From Microthyrium microscopicum (lineage: Eukaryota), in NCBI GenBank assembly GCA_010405405.1, contig MU004235.1, positions 2,162,506-2,226,505 on the forward strand: DNA of 64,000 nt. The letters run 5' to 3'. The translations under genes were made by a program, and so were the position numbers. The notes under the pieces are model-generated. The model was not told the DNA's origin. It worked only from the letters and a program-made list of their open reading frames with translations, and did not search any database. Of the stretch, positions 15,757 to 28,457 are shown piece by piece; position 1 is the first letter of the stretch, and every line of letters starts with the position of its first letter.

Positions 15757-15867
15757 ATGAAGACTTCTCCATTGTTGAGTTCCATCATCAACAACAACAT
15801 CTTCAGCATCAATACTACAGTCACTTCAATTCAGTCAATCTTTTAAATAATCAACCACTCATTCAAA

Positions 15868-16226
15868 ATGCTCTTCACCAAGTCTATCATCATCGCTCTC
15901 TTCAGCGCCATGGCAATTGCCGCGCCTGTCGACACCACCACTACCACAGTTGCTGCTTCCCAAGACGGCTGCGATGGTGCCTGTAAGCTTTCTCTTCCCA
16001 CTATTTACAAATCACCTTTAACTAACTTTGACGAATAGTCCGTGGCGAACACCGCTCATGCGAGCGTGGCCGAGACCAAAAGCACGACGGTCGTCGGGAA
16101 GAGCGCAAGGGCGAGCGTGAAATTGAGCACGGCCACATCGGAAAGGGAATTGATGATATCCTCCAAGGATCTCGGGATGCCCGCCAGGGAGCGAACCGCG
16201 AGTGCCGCACTGGTGGACGCTGCTAG
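15868..16226 (+). CDS. Small secreted protein, 100 aa, 4 Cys, highly charged (absent from ORF track)
   Basis: Exons 15868-15982 and 16039-16226; intron GTAAGC..ACTAAC..TAG. Product MLFTKSIIIALFSAMAIA-APVDTTTTTVAASQDGCDGAFRGEHRSCERGRDQKHDGRREERKGEREIEHGHIGKGIDDILQGSRDARQGANRECRTGGRC. Confidence 0.85.
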
Positions 16227-16471
16227 ATGGAGAATAGGAGGACAGACGTTGAGAAAAATTGTACGATATGCTGCGAGTGAGAGCTGAACACATCATTAGC
16301 AAGCTGAGCGATAGTGTATAAATCAAACCCTAAACGTTGTTTATTTCAATACTAAATTGTTTATAACATCACTTTGGAGTGCCCGAGATGGACAGGGGTT
16401 GGGTGAATGCTATGTCGAGTTCTATATGGAGATTCATCATACATGCATAACTAGATAATTTGCGTTATGGC

Positions 16472-18119
16472 TTAAACTATAGAGACAGAGTTATAACCAC
16501 TATCTGACTCTCCATTGTCTTTGTCCGAGTATTCCTCCTCCTCATCATCATCCGAGATCTCGATGACTCTATCTCTTATGGCTAAGAGACCCTTGGACTG
16601 CTGTTCACCACCAGGTGAACTGGATGCTGCCTGTTGTCTCTCTTGAAATGAGGGCGAATGCATCTGAGATCCAAATGGGCTAATCGATTGTGCCCAAGAT
16701 TGGTTTAAACATGCCATTCTAGTCCAAGACTGGGGTGACTCGACAACTGGGAATGCATAATTCGGCTCACATAAGCAGCAAGGAGCAGCATGGTACTGGA
16801 TACTGTGAGTGGGTGGATGGTATAGGCAGCTGTACTGGCCAGACGGTGCGATCGTCGAGCGCCGAAGACGATCGTTCTTCTTTTCTTCAATATAAACTTT
16901 CTGTTTCAACAGATCCTGATATTCATCCTGGCTGCGTCTTAGCTCTTCTTTCTTCCAATCGAGACTCTCATTCCGCTTAGTTCTTGATTGAAGAGCGCGA
17001 AGCTCGTCTCTCATGTGTCTCAATTCCAGTTCTTTTTGTACTTGGAGTACATTTGGCAGTGTCGAACGTCTTTCGTAGGCTTCTCTTGGCCAGGTTGGGC
17101 GATAAGAGCCACCATCTTGATAATGCGATATATCGAAGCTGGTTGCCGCTCTGGGAGGAAGTTGCGGTCCTTGTAAGGGAAATGGAAATCCATAGTCTAT
17201 ACTGCTTGAACCAATTGACTGTTCAAGTGGCACAACACCCAAAAAGTCTTCGACTTCTTGAACAATTCGGCGGAGGAAGCCTATGGTGTCCTTATACTGC
17301 TCCCGCAAACTCAATTCATCTGTGACAATACTCATGTCCATTTGCCTCTCCATCTCCCTTAGTTCTTCATTACTAAGACCACCACGAACACTGCCAACGG
17401 GCCGAGGGACATCTTGTACCAATTCGCTCCTCCCATGAACTTTGAGTATATTCAAGCCGTAGGTGGGGCCCAAACTTCCCTCATTGTGGTAATGTTTAGT
17501 AGACACTGAACCGGGAGCTATGTATTGCCGCAAGGATTGTAGGCATGGCTCAATTGCGTCTTCTGCTACTTCTTGTGTTCTATATCACGTCAGAAGTCGT
17601 ACGATAGTGATTGTAGCAATAACCTTACCCTACATGATTTTGGGTCCATCCCCTAGCGTCATACAAACGAAGTGATATGAGCTGAAGTAAAGTATCAAGC
17701 CCATGACGCTGAGCTTCTAGGTTCCATCGGAAGAACAGAAGTCGTCTTTTATATTTGAATTGCCACTTGACCAGAGCCTTGAAATCCTTGAGCTTGGCCT
17801 TTTTACCATGAGGTATACGCTGGAGTTCTTGTTTGATTGTCCGCTGAAGGCGATTCAGCGGTTGTAGTATCCTATCGCTCTGCTGAACTGCTTCGCTGAT
17901 CAAGTCTTCATCACTCGAGGGCAAATCTACTGTGTCCTCAAGTATATGATGACCTTGTTGAAGAAGATTGCTGAACTCTTTGAGCTCTTCAGCCCAGAGT
18001 CTGACTTCAGAGGATGGAGAAGATATAACATCAGCGATGTTATGTAAGCTTTTCGCGGCTTTGAATCCCATCTTAGTGGCAGTGGCGGTTAGTTCAATGG
18101 TAGGGGGAGAATTCGCCAT
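16472..18119 (-). CDS. Hypothetical protein with a helical N-terminal domain resembling fungal HeLo-like/STAND N-terminal domains, a coiled coil and an acidic tail
   Basis: Intron 17580-17628 (GTAAGG..CTGAC..TAG) joins the 164-aa and 353-aa ORFs in frame. Helical N-terminus with EVRLWAEELKEFSNLL and VKWQFK. Confidence 0.7.
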
Positions 18120-18682
18120 CGTGGGCGACCGAAAGCAGTTGATTGAATTTCGAAATGAAGTCCCAATGACCGGAAGTATAGAATCAGGCTATAAAGGCAG
18201 GATCAGCAACAGAAGGCCGTGAAAGATTGGGGGTTGTGTTCGGGGACTGCTCTGTCTTTTGCCATGGCTGTAAAGCCACCAGGCTGAACATTAGCATGGC
18301 AAGATTTGTCTTGTCCTGGAGAAGGCATATATCAGGTAGATAACAACAATCCCTTGCTAACGCATCTAGAGCCTCACTTCTTTTGATATGCAAGAGCTGC
18401 ATGTGTGTGAGGGGAAAATGCTTTGTTGTGGCCAATAGGGGTTAACTTGCCAATGAGGCAGATCGCACTGCATGACAGGAGGACAACAATGTTATGCAAG
18501 CCTCATTTCTAGCAAAGCACTCCAGCGACTACAGCAATGAGCAATATAATGCTATGAACGCTAAATATGCTTCTTTCTATCGTGTTGTACACGCATCATA
18601 ATCACATCTTCTAGTCGCTACACATATCCCTACAACTACTATTTGTCAGTATGCATGCATACTACCTCGGAACTCAGATTTC

Positions 18683-20962
18683 TCAGCCGAATTTGAAGAG
18701 CGTCACTTTCTTGCCTTGTCGCCCCTGCTTCTTTCGTCCTTGCTGCGCATCATCCTCTTCCTCAGCCTCAGCCGTGGCCGTCGATGGACCCCAAGCCGCA
18801 GGTCCCGGAGACGCGTTCTGCACACGGCGCACACCTGCACCTGTATAACCAGGCGTAAAAGAAGGCAAAGTAGGCTTTGCCGCAGCGGGCAAGGCAGGAA
18901 ATGCAGACGCATCGTTCCGCCCAGCAGGCCGAGCCGGCGCTGCCTTAGTAGACGATGGCGCCGCCGCAGATGAGCCCGCCCACGGTGTTGCTGATTGGCG
19001 ACCTTTAGCTGGGCGTTGAAGACCAGATGATACTGGCAGTGAGGGAAAGAGAGAAGATGCTGCTGAAGATGAATTTTCTGGTGCGGCGGTTCCCCATGAT
19101 GCGGTGCGAGAGGAACGGGAGCTTTGGGCGGTTGAAGATTTGAGACGTAAGACACGAGTACCACCGTGTGGTTCATCGACAACGCTGGATGCGCGGCTGG
19201 AAGAACCGGGCAGGAAGGGGTAGTCTTCGTTTATAGCTTTGTGGTCGTTCCAAGCTTTGAGCAAGGCTTGTTTCTTGGAATCAATTTCGAAGATGTCGGC
19301 GAGCTCTTTGACGAGTTTACCTATATTGGCATTGGCTGATGGGCCGGTGGTGTCGAAGAGGATGAAAAAGGATTCTATGAGTTCGGCAGCGGTCTTGGAA
19401 GAGTTTTTGTAGGACGATACATTAGTGCGGAAGGTGTTGAGTTTTAATTGATCGCCTTTGACAAGATTGATGGCACGTTCGGTAACAGAGGCATGTTTTT
19501 GCTGTCGTTGCTCCTCTTCCCGAGTTGGTGGTGCGGTTGAGACAGCACTGGCGCTTGGTAGGGCCCTCGACATGTCTCCTAGAGCAGGGAATGCTGCACT
19601 GCGTGCTGCTGCTACATCAGCTGCTGATGGTCTAGCTGGTTGTGGTGTTGAACTAAGTTGGCCACCAAAGCTACGCCCAGTATGAGATTGGGCATTCTGG
19701 ATAGCCATTTGTCTTTGAAATGCAAGCTCATCTCGCCGCAGAGGCTGAGCGGATGATGCTGGTAGTGGTTCGGCATTTGGATCTCTTCCCCTTCCTCGTC
19801 CCCCTCCTCCTCGTTGTTGATCATGGTTGCCCCTACCACCACGACCCCCTCGAGCAGGTTGATATCGCTCTCGAAGAGAGAAATCCGAAAGATCTACCCT
19901 CCGATGATCTTTCGTCAATCCATTAGGATGAGATTCTAGCTGATGCGCTCGAAGATCCATTTCCGACTCAAATACCACAAACTTCTTCTCTAGGCACTCT
20001 TGGTCAAGACATACGTAGTGATCCTTCCTAAAGTGCTCCTCTAATGTGTCATAGTTAAGATAGTACTGAGGTCGTCCTGGGTTTAATCTGTCGCATATAT
20101 GGCACTTTTCGTGTTTTTCGCGACAATGTGTATAAAGCTCGTCATCACTGTAAAAGTGCTGTCGACAGAAGCCGCACTTGGGATGTCCTCGGAAACCACT
20201 CTGATCTACTGTGCCCGGTTTATCATCTCCCTTCTCTTGATGCCTCTTCAGCTCTTCTTTTGTGTACAGTTCATGTTCATGCGTGAAAACCTTTTTGTTC
20301 CGGACACACAAGTCACACATCGTCTTGTTATGCTTCTCTCTGACATGGCGATGCAAGTCTGGCCAACCGAGACAAGCTACATCGCATTCTGGATCCGGGC
20401 AATTATACCGAAGTAGTAATAGTGTATCTTCTTGAATCTCTTTGCTTTCGTACTTGATCCCCAATGTGCTGTCCGTGAATGAAATGCTCGCATCGTCGAA
20501 CTCCTGAAAGTTCTTTTCGTCGTTGGTGAAGATGACAAAGTCCCAGTCAGTCTGACAAAGTTAGTTACAGCTAATTTGACCCGTATAATAACTTACCCTA
20601 CAGTGCGCACACGCTTTGTTCTTGTATAATGCTCGCATTCGCAAACTACAAATGTGACATGTTCGGTGATTGCAGGGCGCAATGGCTGTGTGAATGACGG
20701 GCGAAGCGCAGATGAAGCAGACTTCACCATCAGCGTCTTCCTCCTGAGTTTCGCTCGCTTCCTTTCCGTTCGATTGCGTTTGCGGTATCTTAGATATGCC
20801 GTTCGATTGTTGAGCTAGGGTAGGAGCCGGTTGACGGTGGTTCGATATTTGGCCTCCTCGCTGGTTTCCTGGTGACCGGCCTCCTCTAGGGGCTCGACCA
20901 CCGCGTCCACGGCCACGGTTACCACGTCGTGGTGGTGTACTTGGAGGAGCTGGATCAGACAT
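18683..20962 (-). CDS. HEL2: RING E3 ubiquitin ligase Hel2/ZNF598 (ribosome quality control)
   Basis: RING CFICASPV..PCNHRTCHICSLRMRALYKNKACAHCR; intron 20552-20596; C2H2 array including GFRGHPKCGFC; RGG-rich segment and disordered tail ending KKVTLFKFG. Confidence 0.92.
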
Positions 20963-21693
20963 GGTCTCAGTTTGAATTGTGGCGGAGAGATGCACGGAGG
21001 TTGATATTGGTGGTGGTGGTGGTGAGCTGGTGCCCAAGGGCCTCGGTTTTCGGGTTCTTTGATGTTGAGCTGGCGGGATGAGGGTGATAGAGTACTCAAG
21101 ATATAAAGTGTATTAGATAATCGAGACGCAGGTGATGTTCGAGCGCTGTGTGGGAAGTTGGGATCTCTAAAGGAACGAACTCAGGGCAGCTTCCGATCTT
21201 CAGAGTGGCGTGGTGGGGGACTGTGGCCGTGCTGACATATCGTTTTTTTCACAGAAATCAAGTCACAAACGAGCATATTCCACAACATATGGCAATGACG
21301 GTCTTTCCGAGTAAACACAGTCATTAGTCGGTCCTATTTGGGGCATTCACGGTGTAGTCAAGTCATCATATTGTCACCACTGGCCCAATATGGTCATGGA
21401 CCAGTCATTCCACTCCAAGCCACAATCGCCAGCAAAAGCCTACAGGTGTGAGATTACCCCTTCAGTAGATATTGCAGCTGTGCTCCATCATGATGATCTC
21501 GAAGCATCACTAGCTTCAAGTATATATGAGATTGGGAAGGCGTCAAGCCGTAGCCTGATCCATGCATTGCTACAAACTCAAGAGTATTGACTCTATGCCA
21601 TTTGCCCAAAGACAAGCAAACCCATAGCCAGAATATACGCCGGAAGCCAGCACACCTTGATTGCTTTTCATTCTCGTCCCTCCATCATGACAT

Positions 21694-22155
21694 CTATGCC
21701 GACCGCTTGCCCTTCTGGTTCTTCTTTCCTACTTCGGTGATGGTCAAGACTGTTGCGCCCCGTTAGTGACATGTCCTTGTAGCCAGTGACCGATTTATCT
21801 CGTCGATTGTTCTCGCCGGAAGGTGTAGGGAACGTACCCGGCGGTAGACTTTGCTTCAGCTTATCTGCCTTCTCGCTGTCCTTAATGGTGAGAGTATAGA
21901 GGTACTTTTTGCATCGGACCTTGAACTTGGTCGCGTTGGTCTTGGTGCTCTTCTTGATTTTGGCCGCTGCGAGTCCAACATGTTAGCGTCGTGGACAAAT
22001 GACCTGTCATGCTGCCCGGTCACCACTGCACAGGAGCGCAATGAAGCATGTGGGGATATTTTTCAAGCACAAAGTGAGGAAGAGCACTTACAGCTGGCGT
22101 CCTCTCGACGGCAGATCTCGAGGAAATTCTTGATGTCTGAAACTTCCTGTGGCAT
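21694..22155 (-). CDS. RPL38: 60S ribosomal protein L38 (eL38), 82 aa (absent from ORF track)
   Basis: Exons 22155-22092, 21966-21838 and 21749-21694 give [55 protein letters not shown]. Confidence 0.95.
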
Positions 22156-22670
22156 TTTGGCGACTTGAAGGGAAGTTATAGGGTAGGAGAGTGGAGGAGT
22201 GAAGATTTCGGTTGCATCTGAGAATGTTCAATGGTTTGGAATTTGGAGGTTTGCCTGTGGGTGTGGCGTCTGTTCGTGGCTGGTGGACAAGGCCCGAGCT
22301 TTTGTGGCGTCGAATTTCAAATCTGGAAGTTGCGACTTGAGAATCCAGAATCGTTCTTTCTCTTGAGGAATTTAGTACGCAGTCTATCGAACCTTAATTC
22401 AACTACTTCAAGAGTAACAGCGTGTGGTTATACTTCTCTAACCTATATATTCACTACTAAACGGGCCTCAACTAATACCTACTCTATCCTGTTACGCCGC
22501 AGCGTCATCTGAGGATCAGGCAACAAGATCGTCAACTTGCTTAAATCAACGACACTTGTTCTCCTACCGATGACCTTACATCTTTGTTACTCTACATAGA
22601 AATCAATTTCCTACAGTGATCAAAAGAACATAGTTTGTAGCAACTTCAGCTTCTCCCTTGCACCTACAAA

Positions 22671-23082
22671 ATGCCCACTCCAATTGACCGCGCTTTACAA
22701 TCCAAGGTTAGCTACATCTGCCACACATCATGTCTCTACCTAACTTTGGCCAGTCTGCAGTACTAGCCTTTGCCGGCGTCATTACTGCAGCTTCAGCATG
22801 GATGATATGGGGAGGCGATATGTTCCCACAAGAAAGTGATCCCACTGGAGGTATGTTTATACTGGACAGCTTGCATGCAATCCACCAGTGACTAATAACG
22901 AGATAGATCCAGAAACATGGTCCTATGAGGAACTCAATCGATGGTTGAGAAAAGTAGGACCCACAGCCGACGTTCAGACGTAGATCATTACTGATGCATC
23001 ACAGAGAAGTCTACTACCAAGCTCATCAGCCACCAAGCAGGACTTATTAGAGCGTGTCAAATCAAACATGCGCTCTCCCTAG
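22671..23082 (+). CDS. Small fungal membrane protein, 85 aa: one TM segment plus a short helical domain (Ish1/SAP-like inferred); absent from ORF track
   Basis: Exons 22671-22706, 22754-22850, 22907-22953 and 23005-23082 splice in frame to MPTPIDRALQSKSAVLAFAGVITAASAWMIWGGDMFPQESDPTGDPETWSYEELNRWLRKRSLLPSSSATKQDLLERVKSNMRSP. Confidence 0.85.
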
Positions 23083-23119
23083 AAAATTTGGTGTAGGGCA
23101 TCAATAAATTCTCTTCAAT

Positions 23120-25126
23120 CTATTTGCCAACATCTCCAAACATCTCGTCTCCCCGTTTACATATCCGCACCTTAATGGGCTTACTCCGCAATTGAAGCGT
23201 GATGACTGTGCCCATTTCATCTCTCATCTTCCGCCGTGCTTCTCCTTCTGCTTTTTCCCATAAACCCCTTTTACTGTCCTTATCCATGCTAATTAAATCC
23301 GTCTCGCCTGCCCAATCATCTACAGCGAGTTCTACGCTCACGCTGCGGAATATCACTGCTAGCGCAGCAAGTATTTCGACCTGCGCGAAACGCCGGCCCA
23401 AACATGCTCGTGCACCTTCACTGAACGGTATATATGCGCCTCTTGATGGCCGGAATAATGTCGCTGCTGTATCTGGTGAGCTATCAATGCCCAATCCATC
23501 AGCACTGAGCGCGCTGAATGCTGCGTCCGTTCCAGGACTGTCCTCGCGCCCGTGCTTTGCGTTGAACCAGCGCTCCGGTCGGAAATCTGCCAAATCTGTG
23601 CCACTAGGAGTGTCATCACGGCGCTCATGTGGCCAAAAGCGTGGATTGCGCTGCACTGCTGTTGCTACGAGTGCTACAGCTGCGTCCGCCGGCACAGTAA
23701 AGTTCGCACCATGGACAATGAGTGGCTGTGGAGCGCGAGTGGATTTCGGAATTGCGGTAATCGGTGGAATGAGACGGAGTTCTTCGTTCATAACAGCGCC
23801 TGCATGACCGGCAAATAATTTGGGGAGGTCGGTATCGTAGTCCCAATTTGCGGGTTCGCGATCGCCAAATATGGAGTCGAGGTCTGCTTGAAGGGCGCGT
23901 TGAAGGGATGGACGCATGGCGAGGTAAAGCATAGAGAAGTGGATGGTATTAGCGGCGGTTTCGTGGCCGGCGAGGAAGAGGACGAAGGAGTTGCCTAGGA
24001 TTTCGTCTTTGGTAAGACCAAGGTCTGCGGTAGGTTTGCTTGTGGGAGCAGTTGTCGTATTGAGTTTAAGAGAGGCGGCGGAGGTGCGAATCATGGCGCC
24101 CATTAGGTCCATACCTTCGTCTTCGGGGTTTTTACTTTGTTCGATTTCGGTCTTTTTGCGCTCATAGATGTCGTTCATGTACTTGCCCCATTCTATAAAG
24201 GATTTGGAGGCGTCTTGGAGGTAAGCTATAGGAGCAATTCCTAGCGTTGTTAGAATCAATATTTCTCTTTGAGAAGCTAACTTACTTAGAAACCATTCCG
24301 GCAGAATGATCAACGCTATCAATCGCAAAAGCAGTGTTTCCAAACTCGTCACGTAGCTCATCTTGTGGCCTGTGGGTATTTCTGTAGCACTCATTGATCC
24401 CTCCTTTGCGTCCTGGGAGCGACCAGGCCAGTCGCATCTTACGTCGAAACCAGCTCGACTTATGACGTATAGACTGAGGCGCATTGTATCATGACTGAGT
24501 TCATCAATTAAGCTCGCCCAGCTCTTCTTAGGTTCTTTCTGCTCCTTCTGCTGCTTCTCGCTCAAGTCTTTCCAATGCTTCAGCATTTCACCTGCTTGGA
24601 AGATAGACTCGGTCCATACAACCTTGTTGTTCTTTTCGCCAAATGGTGGAACCGTACTCTTGCGATGCCTGCGCCAGGTCGAGCCCTCGGTTGTCACAAC
24701 GTTCTTTCCATAAATATCAATGCCCTGGTACATCTCAATGGGCTTGGGAAAGTCATTTCGACGTGTGCAGATCTGGTTGATGACGCTCGGATCAGCCGTC
24801 ATCAACCCAATTTTCCTTGGAGTGACGAGCAGAAAAGTGTCGGCATCCAGCTCTTGGAATGGCATATAGTTTTCTTTCCAGGGCCACTCAGGATGTATGA
24901 GATCGTACCACAGCCCGCGCCACCCTTGCGGCAGGATTTTATTGAGCAAGGGCAAAACCATGGTGGAGATCAAAATCCATTGTTGATCGTAGAAGTATGC
25001 AGGACATATTATGTACTTGAAGCCGCTGGCGCGAGCAGCCTTGATGTTCGCCCAGAACGATAATATAGCACGGATAGGAAAGTATAGGAGAGCGACGAGG
25101 ACGAGGTTGATGAGGGAGAAGTTCAT
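23120..25126 (-). CDS. Cytochrome P450 monooxygenase
   Basis: N-terminal anchor MNFSLINLVLVALL; I-helix AGHETA, EELR (ExxR), PERW and heme motif FSEGARACLG. In-frame 45-bp intron at 24241-24285. Confidence 0.95.
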   Translation of the reverse strand: MNFSLINLVLVALLYFPIRAILSFWANIKAARASGFKYIICPAYFYDQQWILISTMVLPLLNKILPQGWRGLWYDLIHPEWPWKENYMPFQELDADTFLLVTPRKIGLMTADPSVINQICTRRNDFPKPIEMYQGIDIYGKNVVTTEGSTWRRHRKSTVPPFGEKNNKVVWTESIFQAGEMLKHWKDLSEKQQKEQKEPKKSWASLIDELSHDTMRLSLYVISRAGFDVRCDWPGRSQDAKEGSMSATEIPTGHKMSYVTSLETLLLRLIALIILPEWFLSKLASQREILILTTLGIAPIAYLQDASKSFIEWGKYMNDIYERKKTEIEQSKNPEDEGMDLMGAMIRTSAASLKLNTTTAPTSKPTADLGLTKDEILGNSFVLFLAGHETAANTIHFSMLYLAMRPSLQRALQADLDSIFGDREPANWDYDTDLPKLFAGHAGAVMNEELRLIPPITAIPKSTRAPQPLIVHGANFTVPADAAVALVATAVQRNPRFWPHERRDDTPSGTDLADFRPERWFNAKHGREDSPGTDAAFSALSADGLGIDSSPDTAATLFRPSRGAYIPFSEGARACLGRRFAQVEILAALAVIFRSVSVELAVDDWAGETDLISMDKDSKRGLWEKAEGEARRKMRDEMGTVITLQLRSKPIKVRICKRGDEMFGDVGK

Positions 25127-26012
25127 TTCAGCAACTGGCGCGATCTGGGCGCTCACGATGCTTGAGGAGGATAGAGGGCGAAGGAGACGAAAGGAAGGAG
25201 GGACATTCACGCAGGCCTGGAAGTGACCGGGACGAGTTTTGAAGATGGACACAGGAGGATTCGGATCATGATGTTTCCCGCACTAGATCAGATGGCTAAA
25301 AGCGGTAATGGAGACAGCTGGAGGTGAGCGCGTGTGTTTAGGGAGATTGCTTTCGGATGAAGCTCTACCCGTCGCAGATGCACTGGTGGCGCCGAAATGT
25401 AGGGCCTTTACTGGCCGAGCGAGCTGGAATGCGTCAGGGCCAAGCGAGGTCAAGTTGTAAAGACATGATTTACAGATGATAAATTTAAATGGAGCTGATT
25501 CAAAGCTGCAAGATAGGCATTTATTATCTGATGTTGTTGTAGGATGCCATAGTCCAGACAAATTGAAAGAGGTCGAAAAGTAGGAGGCTCTGCTGACTTT
25601 GCAGCGCCGCCTTGCGCCGCCTTTCTTCCCCATATCAACTTCACCAATCATGTCCCATCTGTTGGCTCCTATCAAACTACTAGGAGGTATTTATATCTTA
25701 CTCTCCCCCTTGTCCTACTTTGTATACGCTCCAAACTTTTCCCATCTAAAGTCGCATAGTACTGTAGTTTGTAAATGACTCAATATCTAGAGGATCCCCA
25801 CCAAGGCCTAATTGTCCGCGGAAATATGGACAATTGTCACGAACTTTGTGCAGAGCGACTAAGAATATTTCATTCCTCTGTCACTTGTCCTTATCAAAAT
25901 GTCCCTGGGACATGAAGATGTCATTATATTCCACATTAACTATTGCACTCCAATCAAATTACCACGTTAACTCTCTGTATACGCCAGTGCCACCTCCAGT
26001 CCATGAAGGATA

Positions 26013-27359
26013 CTAGTACCAACCATTTCTTTCACCTTGCTTCGGCGGACGATAAGCCTTACGTGCCGGGAAATGTTGAAAATCTTCAGGGCGGAGCGCC
26101 TCCATATCGATCTCCTCCCTTGCCTCCAGTGGCATTTTTGTTATGGACACGCTGTTCGCTTTGAGACCTGGAGAGTTCAGCTGCTTCAGGCTGTTTACCT
26201 CGCTCCAGTTATCCGTCCCCTCGCCAATGCTGTCGAGTTCCAGCGCTCTCCTTTTGTTGCTGCTTGGCCAGGACCATCCGGCACTGTTGATCGACTCGTT
26301 GCGCGAGTTGAACGATGAGGACATATGTCTAACCAGCGGTCGCAGTGTTGCTAAAGATCCGGCGATGATTCCAAGGCCAGGCTCGATACAGGACCAAACC
26401 ATGACTGAGTGTACTTGAGCTGCAATGTGTTAGTGAGAAAGAGGCAAAGGGGGAGCATGCCATACCAAAGAACGCATATCCGGGCTCTGCAAGATTCGCG
26501 AGGAATTTGAACCGTATCATGGATACAATGCCGCCACTAGACAAATGTTACACTCTGAAATTCTCTTTACTTTGAGGATACATACACTGCAGCCAACGCC
26601 AGTATGAAGCCAACAATAATTTTGTCTTTGGTTTTGATTTGAGATGGCCTTAACATGAAAAAGGGCAGAATGAAGAAGGTGACGTCCGTCAATGTCGAGG
26701 TGGCAGCATGTGTATAGTTCATGATCAAAAGTGATAGTTTGCTGACACATTGCCCAGCTAGTTTCATCTGGAAGAAGCTGATTGCGGACGGAAAATAGCC
26801 GCACTGGAAGATAGTATAGAAAAGATACGGTACTCCGTAAGCGGTGGATAGCGTCATGGCCGCGTATATTGTCTTTCTACACGCCGGCTGTATCGTAACT
26901 CGTAGAAAGAAGATGCCGAGTGATATTTTGAGCATCAACATTGTGAGTATGTAAAACACCTCTATGAGTATAACGGCCTAAAATTGTATTAGTCGTGTAC
27001 TTCCAGCCATGATCGGGCTGTTTCTCACATTAACGGCGTCGTTCAATTGCGATCTTGTCAACGAATTGAGCTCAGAGACTATGGAACTAGCCCAAAGGGA
27101 TGTGGCACAGTATACTGTAAAAAAAGCCTTCGAACAAGTTAGTTGTAAGTTATATGTCGCCAACGAGGGCCATCGAGCATTTGCTTACGAGTGTAATGAG
27201 CAGTGTCGTATCATCCCAGCCGAATGATTTTGTAATCATAATCCGAGAACACATACGCAAAGTCACAGCAATACAAGCCACCCCTAGAAACACTGAAATC
27301 AATATCTGATCAGGTTTTAGGTTTGGAACTTTCTGTATAGCAAAAGATGCCTCAGCCAT
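26013..27359 (-). CDS. PTH11-like (fungal rhodopsin-domain) multi-pass membrane protein without CFEM
   Basis: Multi-exon. Motifs LRMCSR..FGWDD, LKISLGIFFLR, IFQCG, TDVTFFILP, SMIRF and WSCIEPGLGIIAGSLATLRPL are typical of this family. Confidence 0.88.
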
Positions 27360-28457
27360 GATGAAAGCGTAATTTGACTATTGTCTAAGCATGAGGGTGG
27401 CAAGTTGCTCGGGAGGTTTACTGTAAACTCAGAAGCGGTCCACCAGTTATGAGGCCGCGGAAGTAATGTATAAGATATTGTTCCGGTGGCAGGACGGAAA
27501 GTCCAAAGGCATCAATCGTTTGGCAGTCCGGGTAGGACCAACACAGGTGTATCGAACACTTGCATGATGAGATGTACTTCCCTGTACTTATTATCAAGGC
27601 GAGGAAGCTCTGTATCAACATGGGAGAGAACTTCCCAGGTAGCAAACTCGTAATACATGGATGAACAATTTTTCCTTGGTGTCCAACGCAATAGGCTCGA
27701 GTCATGGAGTCGAAAGTCATATTACAGCGGGAGGGAACCGGGGTACATGTAGAGTGTTCTTCGCTTATGCATCATGCATTTCGCTCGATTCCAAGGTCCC
27801 TACTTTTGTAGCGACCTGAAACGATTGAGGAGAGAGGATCATTTGTACCGGGTTAATGATAACTCCAAGATCGAGACTGTGGGCATATGTTTATAACGCT
27901 CCATCACATTGAACCTGCAAGATAATGAATTGCATTGCATATAGTCCACTTTTGGCCTCCTACATGCCGTATGCGGGATTCTGAGACCTCGTCCCTGTGT
28001 CGATCTTCCGTGGCGGGCCATGGCGGGCTGCGTGGACGGACATTTAAACTGAATGGAGATGCAGATCGTTTTGGATGGCCTTCGCAAAGAGACAAGTATC
28101 TCAATGTAGTTCGCTGATTGGCAATCTTTTTGCGAAGAAATATCAGTTCATGGGTAACATTCCATGGAGAGACAGGAGAGAGCACGCTGCATCGATACAG
28201 ATCATCATAGTCACCTCTTCTAGAGAAGATGTAGTAGTGTCTATCGTCCTTTGACATAGTATACCTAGCACTCGCAGTGATGTGTAGTCTGTCTATATTC
28301 AGTCAGATTGGTCATGCTTGGATTTGTAGCCACATATACCTTATAGGATAAAGATCATCAGCTGTCTGATCATAGGCAAGCAATAGACTAGTAGAATTGT
28401 AAAACGCCTTTCCTCCCTGCTTGTCAGTTTAGGGATTCGAGTCAATATGCATTGACA

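Noticed and set aside
21485..21562. Possible C/D box snoRNA (ATGATGA ... CTGA) near the RPL38 3' end
   Set aside because: No recognisable rRNA-complementary guide, no convincing terminal stem, and it is antisense to the neighbouring genes.
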